Source: Candidatus Intricatilinea gracilis (GTDB lineage: Bacteria > Pseudomonadota > Gammaproteobacteria > Burkholderiales > Burkholderiaceae_C). From it: a stretch of 64,000 nt of DNA. The stretch lies in the NCBI GenBank assembly GCA_016702605.1, contig JADJDQ010000007.1:112293-176292 (forward strand). The letters run 5' to 3'. A model generated the notes under the pieces. The model made no database searches and had not been told where the DNA came from. It saw only the letters and a list, made by a program, of their open reading frames with translations. Made by a program: the position numbers and the translations under genes. Below are positions 40,990 to 51,918 of this stretch, piece by piece; position 1 is the stretch's first letter; each line of letters opens with the position of its first letter.

Positions 40990-42411
40990 ATGGCCGACAC
41001 CCCCCTCACCACCCGCCGCCATGCGGCGCCGTGGCGCGTGTTGTTGCCGTTTACGCTGGCAGTGCTGCTGTTGCATTGGTGGTTGCTGGGCGGGTTGGCG
41101 CAGGCCCGGGTCGACAAGCCGGCGACCGGGCCGGGTGATGATGCGGCGCCGGTGGTGGTGCGGCTTACGCAAGTGGCGGCTGACGCGCTGCCGCGCCCGC
41201 GCAGCCTGGCAGTCACCACCAGGCCTGCGCCTGAGGTGGCGACCCTCCCGGGCAAAGCGGCGATGTCCGCCGCACAACCAGCGCCGACCAGGGTCAGGTC
41301 ACCGACCCTGGCCTCGACATCGTCACCAACGCCAACGCCAACGACGGCTACATCCACGTCTACGTCTACGTCTACGTCTACGGCCAAGACGACGCAAACG
41401 ACGACGGTGTTGTCGACGGCATCGACGTCATCGACGACGACCATCGCTGTGCTGCCGGCGCTTGCCGCTGGTGATGCCGGCCACATCCGTCCCGGCACAC
41501 CGGTCGATCAGCCCCAGGCGCACGCGGCTACACGCGCCCAGGCGACCGCGACACACGTGCCGCGCCCCGCCGAGGTGAGCGCCGCCCCAGCGCCCACCGG
41601 CGAAACAGGCCCGGACGACCCGGCTGGCGCCGATGGCGCGGCCGACGTCGCCCGGCTGGCGCTCGCGGTACCTCGCCCGACAGGGCGCAGCGGTGGATCG
41701 ACCGTGTCGCCAGCCGCACCGGTGCGTGCAGCCGTGTCACCACCACCGCCGCCGACGTCGCCGCCGCCCAGCGCCGAGTTGGTCTACCGCGTGCGCAGCG
41801 GCGCCCTGGCTGGCGAGGGCAAGCTGGTGTGGCGCATGGCGGCGGGCAGCTACACCTTGTCGCTGGACGCACGCCTGCCGGTGATCGGCACGATCTTCAG
41901 CGAACGCAGCGCCGGTGGTTTCGATGCCCACGGGCTGGCGCCGCAGCGTTACACCGAACGGCGCCTGCGCCGCAGCGAACGTGCGCTCACGATGACACGC
42001 GACGGCCCCGGCGCCGGCACGCTGAGTTTTTCGGCCAGCACGGCCCGACTGGTGCTGCCGCCCGGCACACAAGACCGCGTGAGCTGGCTGGTGCAGTTGT
42101 CGGCCTTGTTCGCTGCTGCCGCACCGGGCGGGCCGGCGGCGGGCAGCGCATCGGCCGGGGCCGACGGCGTGATGCGCAGTGGTGCCACCTTGCCCGTGGC
42201 CAGTGTGAATGGCGACCTGAGCCAGTGGCAGTTCAAGCCCGGCGCGTCCGACGGTGGCCTGCTGCACCTCGAACGCCGGTCGGCCAACCCCTATGACACC
42301 GTGGCCGAGGTCTGGCTCGATCCGGCGCGGCGTTACTGGCCCGTGCGAGTGCGCCTGAGTGAAGCCGGTGGCGACGCGCTCGAACTGGTGCTCAAACATT
42401 GGCGTGAATGA
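40990..42411 (+). CDS. DUF3108 domain-containing protein with a long disordered N-terminal region
   Basis: A TM helix (WRVLLPFTLAVLLLHWWLLGGL), about 200 aa of low complexity, then the DUF3108 core (LVYRVRSGALAGEGKLVW...YTLSLDA...ERRLRRSERALTM...QDRVSWLVQL...EVWLDPARRYWPVRVRL). Confidence 0.75.
   Translation: MADTPLTTRRHAAPWRVLLPFTLAVLLLHWWLLGGLAQARVDKPATGPGDDAAPVVVRLTQVAADALPRPRSLAVTTRPAPEVATLPGKAAMSAAQPAPTRVRSPTLASTSSPTPTPTTATSTSTSTSTSTAKTTQTTTVLSTASTSSTTTIAVLPALAAGDAGHIRPGTPVDQPQAHAATRAQATATHVPRPAEVSAAPAPTGETGPDDPAGADGAADVARLALAVPRPTGRSGGSTVSPAAPVRAAVSPPPPPTSPPPSAELVYRVRSGALAGEGKLVWRMAAGSYTLSLDARLPVIGTIFSERSAGGFDAHGLAPQRYTERRLRRSERALTMTRDGPGAGTLSFSASTARLVLPPGTQDRVSWLVQLSALFAAAAPGGPAAGSASAGADGVMRSGATLPVASVNGDLSQWQFKPGASDGGLLHLERRSANPYDTVAEVWLDPARRYWPVRVRLSEAGGDALELVLKHWRE
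41356..41382. repeat. hexanucleotide microsatellite (ACGTCT) x4.5 inside the DUF3108 gene, encoding (TS)n
   Basis: Direct reading gives acgtct acgtct acgtct acgtct acg. Confidence 0.95.
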
Positions 42412-42594
42412 GGCGCACCGGCGCATGTTTTCTACTTCGAGAAAAGCACCCGAATCCCGCGCCATGGCGCGGCGGCGCTTCAGTTGCAACCCCGTGGCGC
42501 CGATGACACACACATCAGCACCCAGATCGACGCTTGCAGCCGGTGGAACAGTCCCCAGCTGATAGCGCAAGGGGTGAGCCCCAAGGAGCACATC

Positions 42595-42873
42595 ATGGAA
42601 ATGCTTTACAACTCGGACAACTACGCGGTGGTTCACTTCGAACTGGCTGGTGAACACGTGCCCGCACGGCCGGCCCTGCAGGGCCTGACGCGCGGCGGCT
42701 ACGAGATCGTCGACAAGGCCAGCAAACGCGAGATCTACCTCGACGGCGCCATGGCCGAACACTTCAAGCGTGGTGTCGAAGACCTGATCGAGTCCGAGCC
42801 GAGTGAAGAGGACATCGACAGTTTCCTCTCCGGCTACGCCGTGCTGGCGCAGCAACCGGTGGTGCTGCACTGA
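42595..42873 (+). CDS. DUF3567 domain-containing protein
   Basis: From ATG 42595 behind AAGGAG: [17 protein letters not shown]...[20 protein letters not shown]...V..LI..EPS.E.ID.FL...QPVVLH, the conserved small Burkholderiales protein. Confidence 0.8.
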   Translation: MEMLYNSDNYAVVHFELAGEHVPARPALQGLTRGGYEIVDKASKREIYLDGAMAEHFKRGVEDLIESEPSEEDIDSFLSGYAVLAQQPVVLH

Positions 42874-42935
42874 CGCTGCCCGCTCGCCGCGACGCATGCC
42901 CCGAGCCTGCGCCGTCCGGCGACCCGACCCGACAC

Positions 42936-42966
42936 AACCGGCCTGTTCAGGCCGGTTTCGTTTTGT
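42936..42966 (+). terminator. rho-independent terminator after the DUF3567 gene
   Basis: AACCGGCC-tgttca-GGCCGGTT is a perfect 8-bp stem, followed by TCGTTTTGT. Confidence 0.7.
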
Positions 42967-43066
42967 CTGCGGCCTGTGTTGTTCGGGTCGACTGCTGCGC
43001 TGCGGGCTCGAGCCTGTTTTCTCCTGGCTGCAGCCGGCCTGTGGCGCGGCTTTTTACAATCGGGCC

Positions 43067-44167
43067 ATGACTGCCACCCTCGCACCGGCCAGCACCCTGG
43101 CTTCGACGCCCGCCCAATCCGCGGCCGCGCCCTACACCCGTGGCCAGGCGCTGCCGGCGCTGCTGGCCAGCCGCATCGCCATCCTGGACGGCGCGATGGG
43201 CACCATGATCCAGCGTTACCCGCTGACCGAGGCCGACTTTCGCGGCACGCACCTGGCCGATCACCCCACCGATCTCAAGGGCAACAACGACCTGCTGGTG
43301 CTGACACGCCCGGACGTGATCGCCGAGATCCACGCCCAGTACCTGGCGGCCGGCTCGGACATCATCGAGACCAACACCTTCGGCGCGACGAGCATCGCCC
43401 AGGGTGACTATGGCCTGGACCATCTGGCTTACGAGATGAACGTGGCGGCAGCGAAGATCGCTCGCGCAGCCTGCGACGCCGCCTCTACACCCGACAAACC
43501 CCGTTTCGTCGCCGGCGCCCTGGGCCCGACGCCGCGCACCGCCAGCATCAGCCCCGATGTGAACGACCCGGGCGCCCGCAACGTGAGCTTCGACGAGTTG
43601 CGCGCGGCCTACTACGAGCAAGCCCAGGGCCTGCTCGACGGTGGCTGCGACCTGTTTCTGGTCGAGACCATCTTCGACACACTCAATGCCAAGGCTGCGA
43701 TCTTCGCCCTCGACGAACTGATGGAAGCCACCGGCGAGCGCCTGCCGGTGATCGTGTCGGGCACCGTCACCGACGCCTCGGGCCGCATCCTCAGCGGCCA
43801 GACCGTGGCGGCCTTCTGGCACAGCGTGCGCCACGCCAAACCCATCGCCATCGGCCTGAACTGCGCCCTGGGTGCCACGCTGATGCGGCCCTACATCGAG
43901 GAGTTGTCGCGCATCGCCGGCGACACCTTCGTGTCCTGCTACCCCAACGCCGGCCTGCCCAACCCGATGAGCGACACCGGCTTCGACGAGACGCCCGACG
44001 TCACCGGCAACCTGATGGAAGAGTTCGCCAAGGCGGGCTTCCTCAATATCGCCGGTGGCTGCTGCGGCACCACGCCGGCACACATCGCTGCCATCGCGCA
44101 GCGTGTCGGGCGCTACCAGCCGCGTTGCCGGCACGGCGTGGGTTTCAGCGAGTTGCTGGCGGCTTGA
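43067..44167 (+). CDS. metH: methionine synthase, homocysteine S-methyltransferase module encoded as a separate protein (split MetH, N-terminal part)
   Basis: [11 protein letters not shown]...[11 protein letters not shown]...LGPT...IGLNCALG...NAGLPN...[14 protein letters not shown] is the Hcy-binding (S-methyltransferase) domain with its Zn-binding Cys residues. It ends at the interdomain linker. Confidence 0.9.
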   Translation: MTATLAPASTLASTPAQSAAAPYTRGQALPALLASRIAILDGAMGTMIQRYPLTEADFRGTHLADHPTDLKGNNDLLVLTRPDVIAEIHAQYLAAGSDIIETNTFGATSIAQGDYGLDHLAYEMNVAAAKIARAACDAASTPDKPRFVAGALGPTPRTASISPDVNDPGARNVSFDELRAAYYEQAQGLLDGGCDLFLVETIFDTLNAKAAIFALDELMEATGERLPVIVSGTVTDASGRILSGQTVAAFWHSVRHAKPIAIGLNCALGATLMRPYIEELSRIAGDTFVSCYPNAGLPNPMSDTGFDETPDVTGNLMEEFAKAGFLNIAGGCCGTTPAHIAAIAQRVGRYQPRCRHGVGFSELLAA

Positions 44168-44235
44168 ACCTCGTCCGATCTGATCGATTGACCCTGTCGC
44201 CGTCGCGACACGGCTTGACCCGCCGTTAAACTCCG

Positions 44236-44340
44236 GGTCTTCCCGAGGAGCGTTGCGACCGTTGCACTCACGTCTTGAGTGATCCACACGGCCAGGCTCG
44301 GGGCGGTGGCCGTCAGGCCGCCTGTCAACCACGCTCACCC
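44236..44340 (+). promoter_or_regulatory. SAH (S-adenosylhomocysteine) riboswitch
   Basis: The conserved blocks are cuuCCCGAGGAGCGUUGCGAC ... CAGGCUCGG ... hairpin ... AACcACGCUCACC. P1 pairs CCGAG (44243-47) with CUCGG (44297-301). The pseudoknot pairs GAGCG (44248-52) with CGCUC (44331-35). There are inner hairpins CACUCA/UGAGUG (44265-81) and a GC-rich one at 44301-21. This matches the SAH element consensus as I remember it. Confidence 0.75.
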
Positions 44341-44387
44341 CAGCCCGAGCCGGGCCTTGCGGGTGGGCCGCAAGTCTCTGGCGTCGG

Positions 44388-47240
<2,853 letters not shown>

Positions 47241-47393
47241 GGCACACCTCGGCTGACGCCGGGGGGGGCGATGTCGTGTCGGGTTGTCGCCCTGGGTCGG
47301 TGGGTGCGCTGTGCCAGGACTCGAGGCGAGACAAGCCCTCGCGCCATGTGGTCAGGCCTGACGATGCAGCGCGGGTGGTAAGGTTCTGCCCCC

Positions 47394-48344
47394 ATGACCA
47401 CTTCGCCTGCCTTGACTGACTCGCCTATCCGCATCGCCGTCTGCCGAGTCGCCATCGCAGCGCTGCTGCTGGCGGGCTGTGCTTTGGCCCTGTCGGCTCG
47501 AGCCGCCTCGCCGATCAAGTCCGCTGCGGCCGATGCCTTGACGAAACCACCGGTGATGGTCGAGATGCCCAGTGCCTTGCCAGACAAGACGCGGTTGCGT
47601 GGCGCCTGGTTGAGCGCCACAACGGGCACGGCCAGTGCACTGGCCAAGCGGCGACCGGCGGTCGTGCTGCTGCACGGATGCGGCGGTGCCTTCGACAGCC
47701 AGGGCAAGATCTTCACACGCACCTTGCGCTACGCCGGCTTGCTCAACAACGAAGGTTGGCACGTGCTGGTGCTCGATTCCTACGGGCCACGTGGTGAGCG
47801 ATCGGTGTGCAAGCTGCGCCCTGGGCATCGCCGCATCACGCAGTTGCAGCGCCGCCGCGATGTGTTTGGCGCGCTGGTGTGGCTGTCCGGCCGGGCCGAT
47901 GTCGACCCTGAACGGCTCGCCTTGCTGGGCTGGTCCAACGGCGGCAGCACGGTGCTGGCCAGCACCAATGGCCAACATGCCGAAGTGACCGAGTCGGCCC
48001 GCAAGCCGCGTGCGGCCGTGGCGTTCTACCCCGGTTGTGAGGCCGAGCTACGGCGCGGTTATGCAGCCAACACGTCCTTGCTGCTGATGCTGGGAGAAGA
48101 CGACGACTGGACACCGTCACAGGCTTGTGTCGAGCTGGCGCAGTCCGACACCAGCCACATCAGCTACAAGCTTTATCCCGGCGCACATCACGGCTTCGAC
48201 AGCCGGGCGCCGCTGCGCCTGCGTCGCGATGTGCCCAATCGCCTGCGCCCGGGCGAAGGGGTGCATGTGGGTGGTCAGCCCGACGCGCGGCGCGATTCGG
48301 TGAAGACGGTCATCAGCTTTCTGCGCGAACGTCTCGCCTCTTGA
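47394..48344 (+). CDS. dienelactone hydrolase family protein, secreted or lipoprotein
   Basis: Signal peptide with LLLAGC, then VVLLHGCGG...VLVLDSYGPRG...LLGWSNGG (nucleophile elbow GxSxG)...YPGAHHGFD. Confidence 0.8.
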   Translation: MTTSPALTDSPIRIAVCRVAIAALLLAGCALALSARAASPIKSAAADALTKPPVMVEMPSALPDKTRLRGAWLSATTGTASALAKRRPAVVLLHGCGGAFDSQGKIFTRTLRYAGLLNNEGWHVLVLDSYGPRGERSVCKLRPGHRRITQLQRRRDVFGALVWLSGRADVDPERLALLGWSNGGSTVLASTNGQHAEVTESARKPRAAVAFYPGCEAELRRGYAANTSLLLMLGEDDDWTPSQACVELAQSDTSHISYKLYPGAHHGFDSRAPLRLRRDVPNRLRPGEGVHVGGQPDARRDSVKTVISFLRERLAS

Positions 48345-48512
48345 GGGACGCGGCCATCGTCGGTCCAGCCGGGCACCAGCCTCGCACGAGGTGACGCCGG
48401 GCAATGCAGTTCGGCGGTGTGTTAACGCACCTTGCCGGCCAGCCACCTCACCCTAGACTGCCGCGACCCGGTCTCACACCCGGGTGTTTGTTCGGTAGAC
48501 CAGGGAGGCACC

Positions 48513-49604
48513 ATGAACCCGCTGGCACACCTGTCGCGCAGGCCGCCGGGCACGGCCCACACCGATGCCGTCGCCGATGCCGTCACCAATGTCGAGGCCG
48601 ATGCCATGGCCATGGCCAGTACGGGCGCCGACCACGACGCCCAGTCTGTGGCCGACATGGTGAGCGCCACTCGTCAGCTGCTGGCTGCCTGGGATCTGGC
48701 GGCAACTCACCTGAGTGGAGGTCGATCCGATTTGTGCGCAGCTGGCCCGTTCGCGCCAGATCGGTCTTTGCCCGACCCGTCCACATCCGCCCGACCCCGG
48801 CCTGCCGAGTCGATGTCGGCCAGCTGCTTGGCGCCGATCGAGGCCACCGTGATGGTGACGATGCTCTCGGGGTTCCAGATCCGGCAAGGCGCCGGGGCAA
48901 GCGTCGAGCTGCCCAAGGGCAAGACACGTACCTTGCTCAAGCTGTTGCTGCTGCAACGACATCGCCCACTCGGGCGGGCTCGTTTGTGCAACCTGTTGTG
49001 GCCCGACAGTGATGCGGCCAGTGCACGCAACAGCTTGAACGTGATGCTGCATCGTTTGCGGCAACTGTTGCCGCCAGGTGCCTGCGTACGTTTCACCGCG
49101 GAAGGTTATCGGCTGGTCGTTGCAGGTGAGGTCTGGCTCGATGTCGAGCATTTCGTGCTGCACGCACAGACCGCCAGGCAACATGAAGAACGCGGAGATG
49201 GTGCCGGTGCCATGGCCCACTACGCCGCTGCACTTGACCTCTACGGTGTCGATCTGGTCGACGACGACGATGCCGGTCCGGCGCTGGCGCCCGACACGCA
49301 GGCGCTACGCGCGCAGCTCAATCAGGTGCTCGAACGCCTGGCGATCCTGCATGAGCAGGCTGGTGACTGGCACGCCTGTCTGCAGGTGGCGCTGCGCCAC
49401 CTGAGCCTGGACGAATGCAACGAGGCCGCCCACCGGCGTCTGATGCGTTGTTATGCCGGCCTGGGCCAGATCCAGCTGGCCGAGCGGCAGTACGGTGCGT
49501 GTGTACGTTTGCTGCGTGAGCAACTCGGGTTGTCGCCCGACGCCGAAACCACCAGGCTGTATCGGCGCATCGCCGGTCGAGAAATCGATCGAGAAAGTGA
49601 TTGA
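48513..49604 (+). CDS. SARP/AfsR-DnrI-type transcriptional activator (OmpR-like wHTH + BTAD domain) with a unique ~105-aa N-terminal region
   Basis: From ATG 48513 behind GGGAGG. The wHTH region is VELPKGKTRTLLKLLLLQRHRPLGRARLCNLLWPDSDAASARNSLNVMLHRLRQLL. The BTAD region is DVEHF...AAALDLYGVDLVDD...L...LERLAILHEQAGDWHACLQVALRHLSLDECNEAAHRRLMRCYAGLGQIQLAERQYGACVRLLREQLGLSPDAETTRLYRRI. Confidence 0.8.
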   Translation: MNPLAHLSRRPPGTAHTDAVADAVTNVEADAMAMASTGADHDAQSVADMVSATRQLLAAWDLAATHLSGGRSDLCAAGPFAPDRSLPDPSTSARPRPAESMSASCLAPIEATVMVTMLSGFQIRQGAGASVELPKGKTRTLLKLLLLQRHRPLGRARLCNLLWPDSDAASARNSLNVMLHRLRQLLPPGACVRFTAEGYRLVVAGEVWLDVEHFVLHAQTARQHEERGDGAGAMAHYAAALDLYGVDLVDDDDAGPALAPDTQALRAQLNQVLERLAILHEQAGDWHACLQVALRHLSLDECNEAAHRRLMRCYAGLGQIQLAERQYGACVRLLREQLGLSPDAETTRLYRRIAGREIDRESD

Positions 49605-49640
49605 GCAGGCGGTCGAGACGTCGACCGGCGTGGTGGCCGG

Positions 49641-49862
49641 TCAATGCATCACGGGGCGGTCGGGTGTGTCTTGTTCGACGGCGCTGTCGATGGTCGACAT
49701 CGAGCCGCCCTGATGGCGCACCGATGTATCACCTCGGTGGATGAAGGTGATGCCTTCGGGGCCGTCTTCGATGCAGCGATGGCAGATCGGGCAGCTGAAT
49801 CGCACGGTGCGGCGATCGGCGATCAACTCGGCCGTCATGACGTGAATCTCGGTCGGGCCCAT
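49641..49862 (-). CDS. hypothetical small protein (73 aa) with a CxxCxxC motif
   Basis: MGPTEIHVMTAELIADRRTVRFSCPICHRCIEDGPEGITFIHRGD... with genome-typical GC3-rich codons and GGAG 8 nt upstream of the ATG. I recognise no family. Confidence 0.45.
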   Translation of the reverse strand: MGPTEIHVMTAELIADRRTVRFSCPICHRCIEDGPEGITFIHRGDTSVRHQGGSMSTIDSAVEQDTPDRPVMH

Positions 49863-49984
49863 GGTGTGTACTCCGGCGACGAACGTTGAAGCGGGCAACA
49901 AGAGAAACACCCGCCGTGGCATGTACCCGGCCTGGCAGCCGGGCACACCGCCGCAGCGGGTGCACAGGGCGGTTGGTGCCGCAC

Positions 49985-50434
49985 TCAGGCCGGAAAGCGG
50001 AACATCACCGGCGGCTGGTTGTCCGAGCAGCCCGAGTGGACTGTGGGCGCGCCGCCGTTGAGGTGCTGCAGCACCACCACGATGTTGTAGCAGCCCGATA
50101 CAGGCTGCCCGCCGAACAGCTGCTCCTCGCCCAGCAACGGGTTCGGATTGACCTGAACGGTGGCCGTGTAGTTGAGTGCGTTCATCACGCCGGGCACGGC
50201 GAGCGGCTGGCCGATCTGCATCTCCTGGCCGGGGCCGATGCTTTCGGCATAGGCACGCAGGCGGAACGAATCGCCCGGGCCGATCAGGCTGGCCAGGGCG
50301 GCCGGCACCTGCCAGGCCACGTTGATGTTGAACGGTGCGCCAGCGCGCAACACGTCGGGCGCATTCGGGCTGTTGTCCACCACGCTGTGGGTGATGTTGC
50401 TGGTCAGGCCGGTGATACCCCATTCGATGCTCAT
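49985..50434 (-). CDS. hypothetical protein (149 aa), orphan
   Basis: Strong RBS (AGGAGAGAGTC-ATG) and consistent GC3-rich codon usage. MSIEWGITGLTSNITHSVVDNSPNAPDVLRAGAPFNINVAWQVP... has no signal peptide and no motif I can place. Confidence 0.7.
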   Translation of the reverse strand: MSIEWGITGLTSNITHSVVDNSPNAPDVLRAGAPFNINVAWQVPAALASLIGPGDSFRLRAYAESIGPGQEMQIGQPLAVPGVMNALNYTATVQVNPNPLLGEEQLFGGQPVSGCYNIVVVLQHLNGGAPTVHSGCSDNQPPVMFRFPA

Positions 50435-50601
50435 GACTCTCTCCTAAAGGCGTTGGGTTGAAGGCCCCGTGGCAGATGGATCGACTCCGCGGTGGCGTCG
50501 TCTGCTGCGGGAACAGGGGGTTCCCTGTGAGAGTCAGTGTCTTGGCGGCGCGTTAATCACCGCTGTGCCAGTGCTGTGTCGGCACTTACGCTGGACTTAT
50601 C

Positions 50602-50716
50602 GAAGCCGAAGCCGAAGCCGAAGCCGAAGCCGAAGCCGATGCCGATGCCGATGCCGATGCCGATGCCGACGAACGACGAACGACGAACGACGAACGACGA
50701 ACGACGAACGACGGCG
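50602..50716. repeat. compound microsatellite: (GAAGCC)x6, (GATGCC)x5, (GACGAAC)x6 plus one degenerate unit
   Basis: Direct count gives GAAGCC at 50602-50637, GATGCC at 50638-50667, GACGAAC at 50668-50709 and gacggcg at 50710-50716. It is intergenic, 33 nt after the proB stop and 168-282 nt upstream of the orphan gene start (50434). Confidence 0.97.
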
Positions 50717-50748
50717 TGTGTGCCCGTCGCGTCAGGCTGCCCGTCGAT

Positions 50749-51867
50749 TCAGGTCAGGACCAGGTTGTCGCGGTGGATCAACTCGGGCTCGTTGGCATAA
50801 CCGAGCAGGCCTTCGATCTGCGACGACGGCTTGCGCGCGATGAGGCGCGCTTCGCTGGCTGCGTAGTTGGCCAGTCCACGAGCGATCTCGCTGCCGTTGC
50901 TGCTGCGCACGGCGATCACGTCACCCCGCACGAACTCGCCCTGCACCTCGACCACGCCGATGGGCAGCAAGCTCTTGCCTTCGTCTCGCACCTTGAGCAC
51001 CGCGCCGTCGTCCACCGTCACCGAGCCCCTGAGTTGCAGGTGGTCGGCCATCCACTGCTTGCGGGCTGCCACCTTGGGCGTGGTCGCCACCAGCAGCGTG
51101 CCGATGGATTCGCCGGCCACCAGGCGCAGCAGCGCGTCGGGCTCGCGGCCCCAGGCGATCACGGTGCTGGCACCACTGCCAGCAGCACGTTTGGCCGCCA
51201 GGATCTTGGTGATCATGCCGCCCTTGCCGATACTCGATCCTGCGCCGCCGGCCATCTGCTCGAGTTCGGGGGTACCGGCCACGGCTTCGTGGATGAACAC
51301 GGCGTGAGGGTCCTTGCGCGGGTCGGCCGAATACAGGCCCTTCTGGTCGGTGAGGATGATGAGTGCGTCGGCATCGACCAGATTGGCCACCAACGCACCG
51401 AGTGTGTCGTTGTCACCCACCTTGATCTCGTCGGTGACGACGGTGTCGTTCTCGTTGATCACCGGCACCACGCCGAGTTCGAGCAACGTCAGCAGCGTCG
51501 AGCGGGCGTTGAGGTAACGCTCGCGGTCCGCCAGGTCGGCGTGGGTGAGCAACACCTGCGCGCTGCCCATGCCCTGGGCGCGCAGGCTGGTTTCGTAGAT
51601 CTGCGCCAGGCCCATCTGGCCCACGGCGGCAGCGGCCTGCAGTTCGTGCAACTCCTTCGGTCGCGTGGCCCAGCCCAGGCGCTTCATGCCTTCGGCGATG
51701 GCGCCGGACGACACCATCACCACCTCGCGGCCCTGCTTGACCAGCGCGGCCAACTGCACACACCAGGCGTCGATGGCGGCGGCGTCCAGGCCGCGGCCTT
51801 CGTTGGTCACCAGGCTCGAGCCGACCTTGACGACGATGCGGCGGGCACTTTTCAGGACTTCACTCAT
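50749..51867 (-). CDS. proB: glutamate 5-kinase
   Basis: 372 aa: [12 protein letters not shown]...VMVSSGA..., an amino-acid kinase domain plus a C-terminal PUA domain (GSVTVDDGA...GDVI). It lies downstream of obgE, as is usual. Confidence 0.93.
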   Translation of the reverse strand: MSEVLKSARRIVVKVGSSLVTNEGRGLDAAAIDAWCVQLAALVKQGREVVMVSSGAIAEGMKRLGWATRPKELHELQAAAAVGQMGLAQIYETSLRAQGMGSAQVLLTHADLADRERYLNARSTLLTLLELGVVPVINENDTVVTDEIKVGDNDTLGALVANLVDADALIILTDQKGLYSADPRKDPHAVFIHEAVAGTPELEQMAGGAGSSIGKGGMITKILAAKRAAGSGASTVIAWGREPDALLRLVAGESIGTLLVATTPKVAARKQWMADHLQLRGSVTVDDGAVLKVRDEGKSLLPIGVVEVQGEFVRGDVIAVRSSNGSEIARGLANYAASEARLIARKPSSQIEGLLGYANEPELIHRDNLVLT

Positions 51868-51918
51868 GGTCGGGCACGGGTGGCGGGCAGACGAAAGGAG
51901 TGCGGCAGGACGCGGCGC

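Noticed and set aside
43050-43069. TACAAT -10-like hexamer 9 nt upstream of the ATG of the first metH gene, suggesting a leaderless mRNA
   Set aside because: It is a single hexamer match with no convincing -35 element. It cannot be supported without transcript mapping.
42874-44387. Cobalamin (B12) riboswitch expected near a B12-dependent methionine synthase
   Set aside because: I found no B12-box-like sequence or the characteristic conserved core in either the 42874-43066 or the 44168-44387 spacer. The latter instead fits the SAH element.
50560-50575. Possible sigma-54 promoter for the orphan cassette (exact TGGCAC on the minus strand, complement of 50565-50570)
   Set aside because: The -12 element does not fit. 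TGAT lies where TTGC is required at the correct spacing, so this is only a half match.
50602-50716. Could the repeat array be a CRISPR-like or iteron array?
   Set aside because: The units are 6-7 nt, contiguous and without spacers, and no cas or rep genes are nearby. It is a microsatellite, not a CRISPR array or a plasmid iteron set.
50469-50843. Plus-strand ORFs reading through the microsatellite as (SR)n(CR)n... or (KP)n(MP)n TNDERRTT repeats (50469..50843, 50537..50800)
   Set aside because: They have no RBS and overlap the 3' end of proB on the other strand. Their only notable feature is the translated repeat itself, so I treat the region as a non-coding repeat array.
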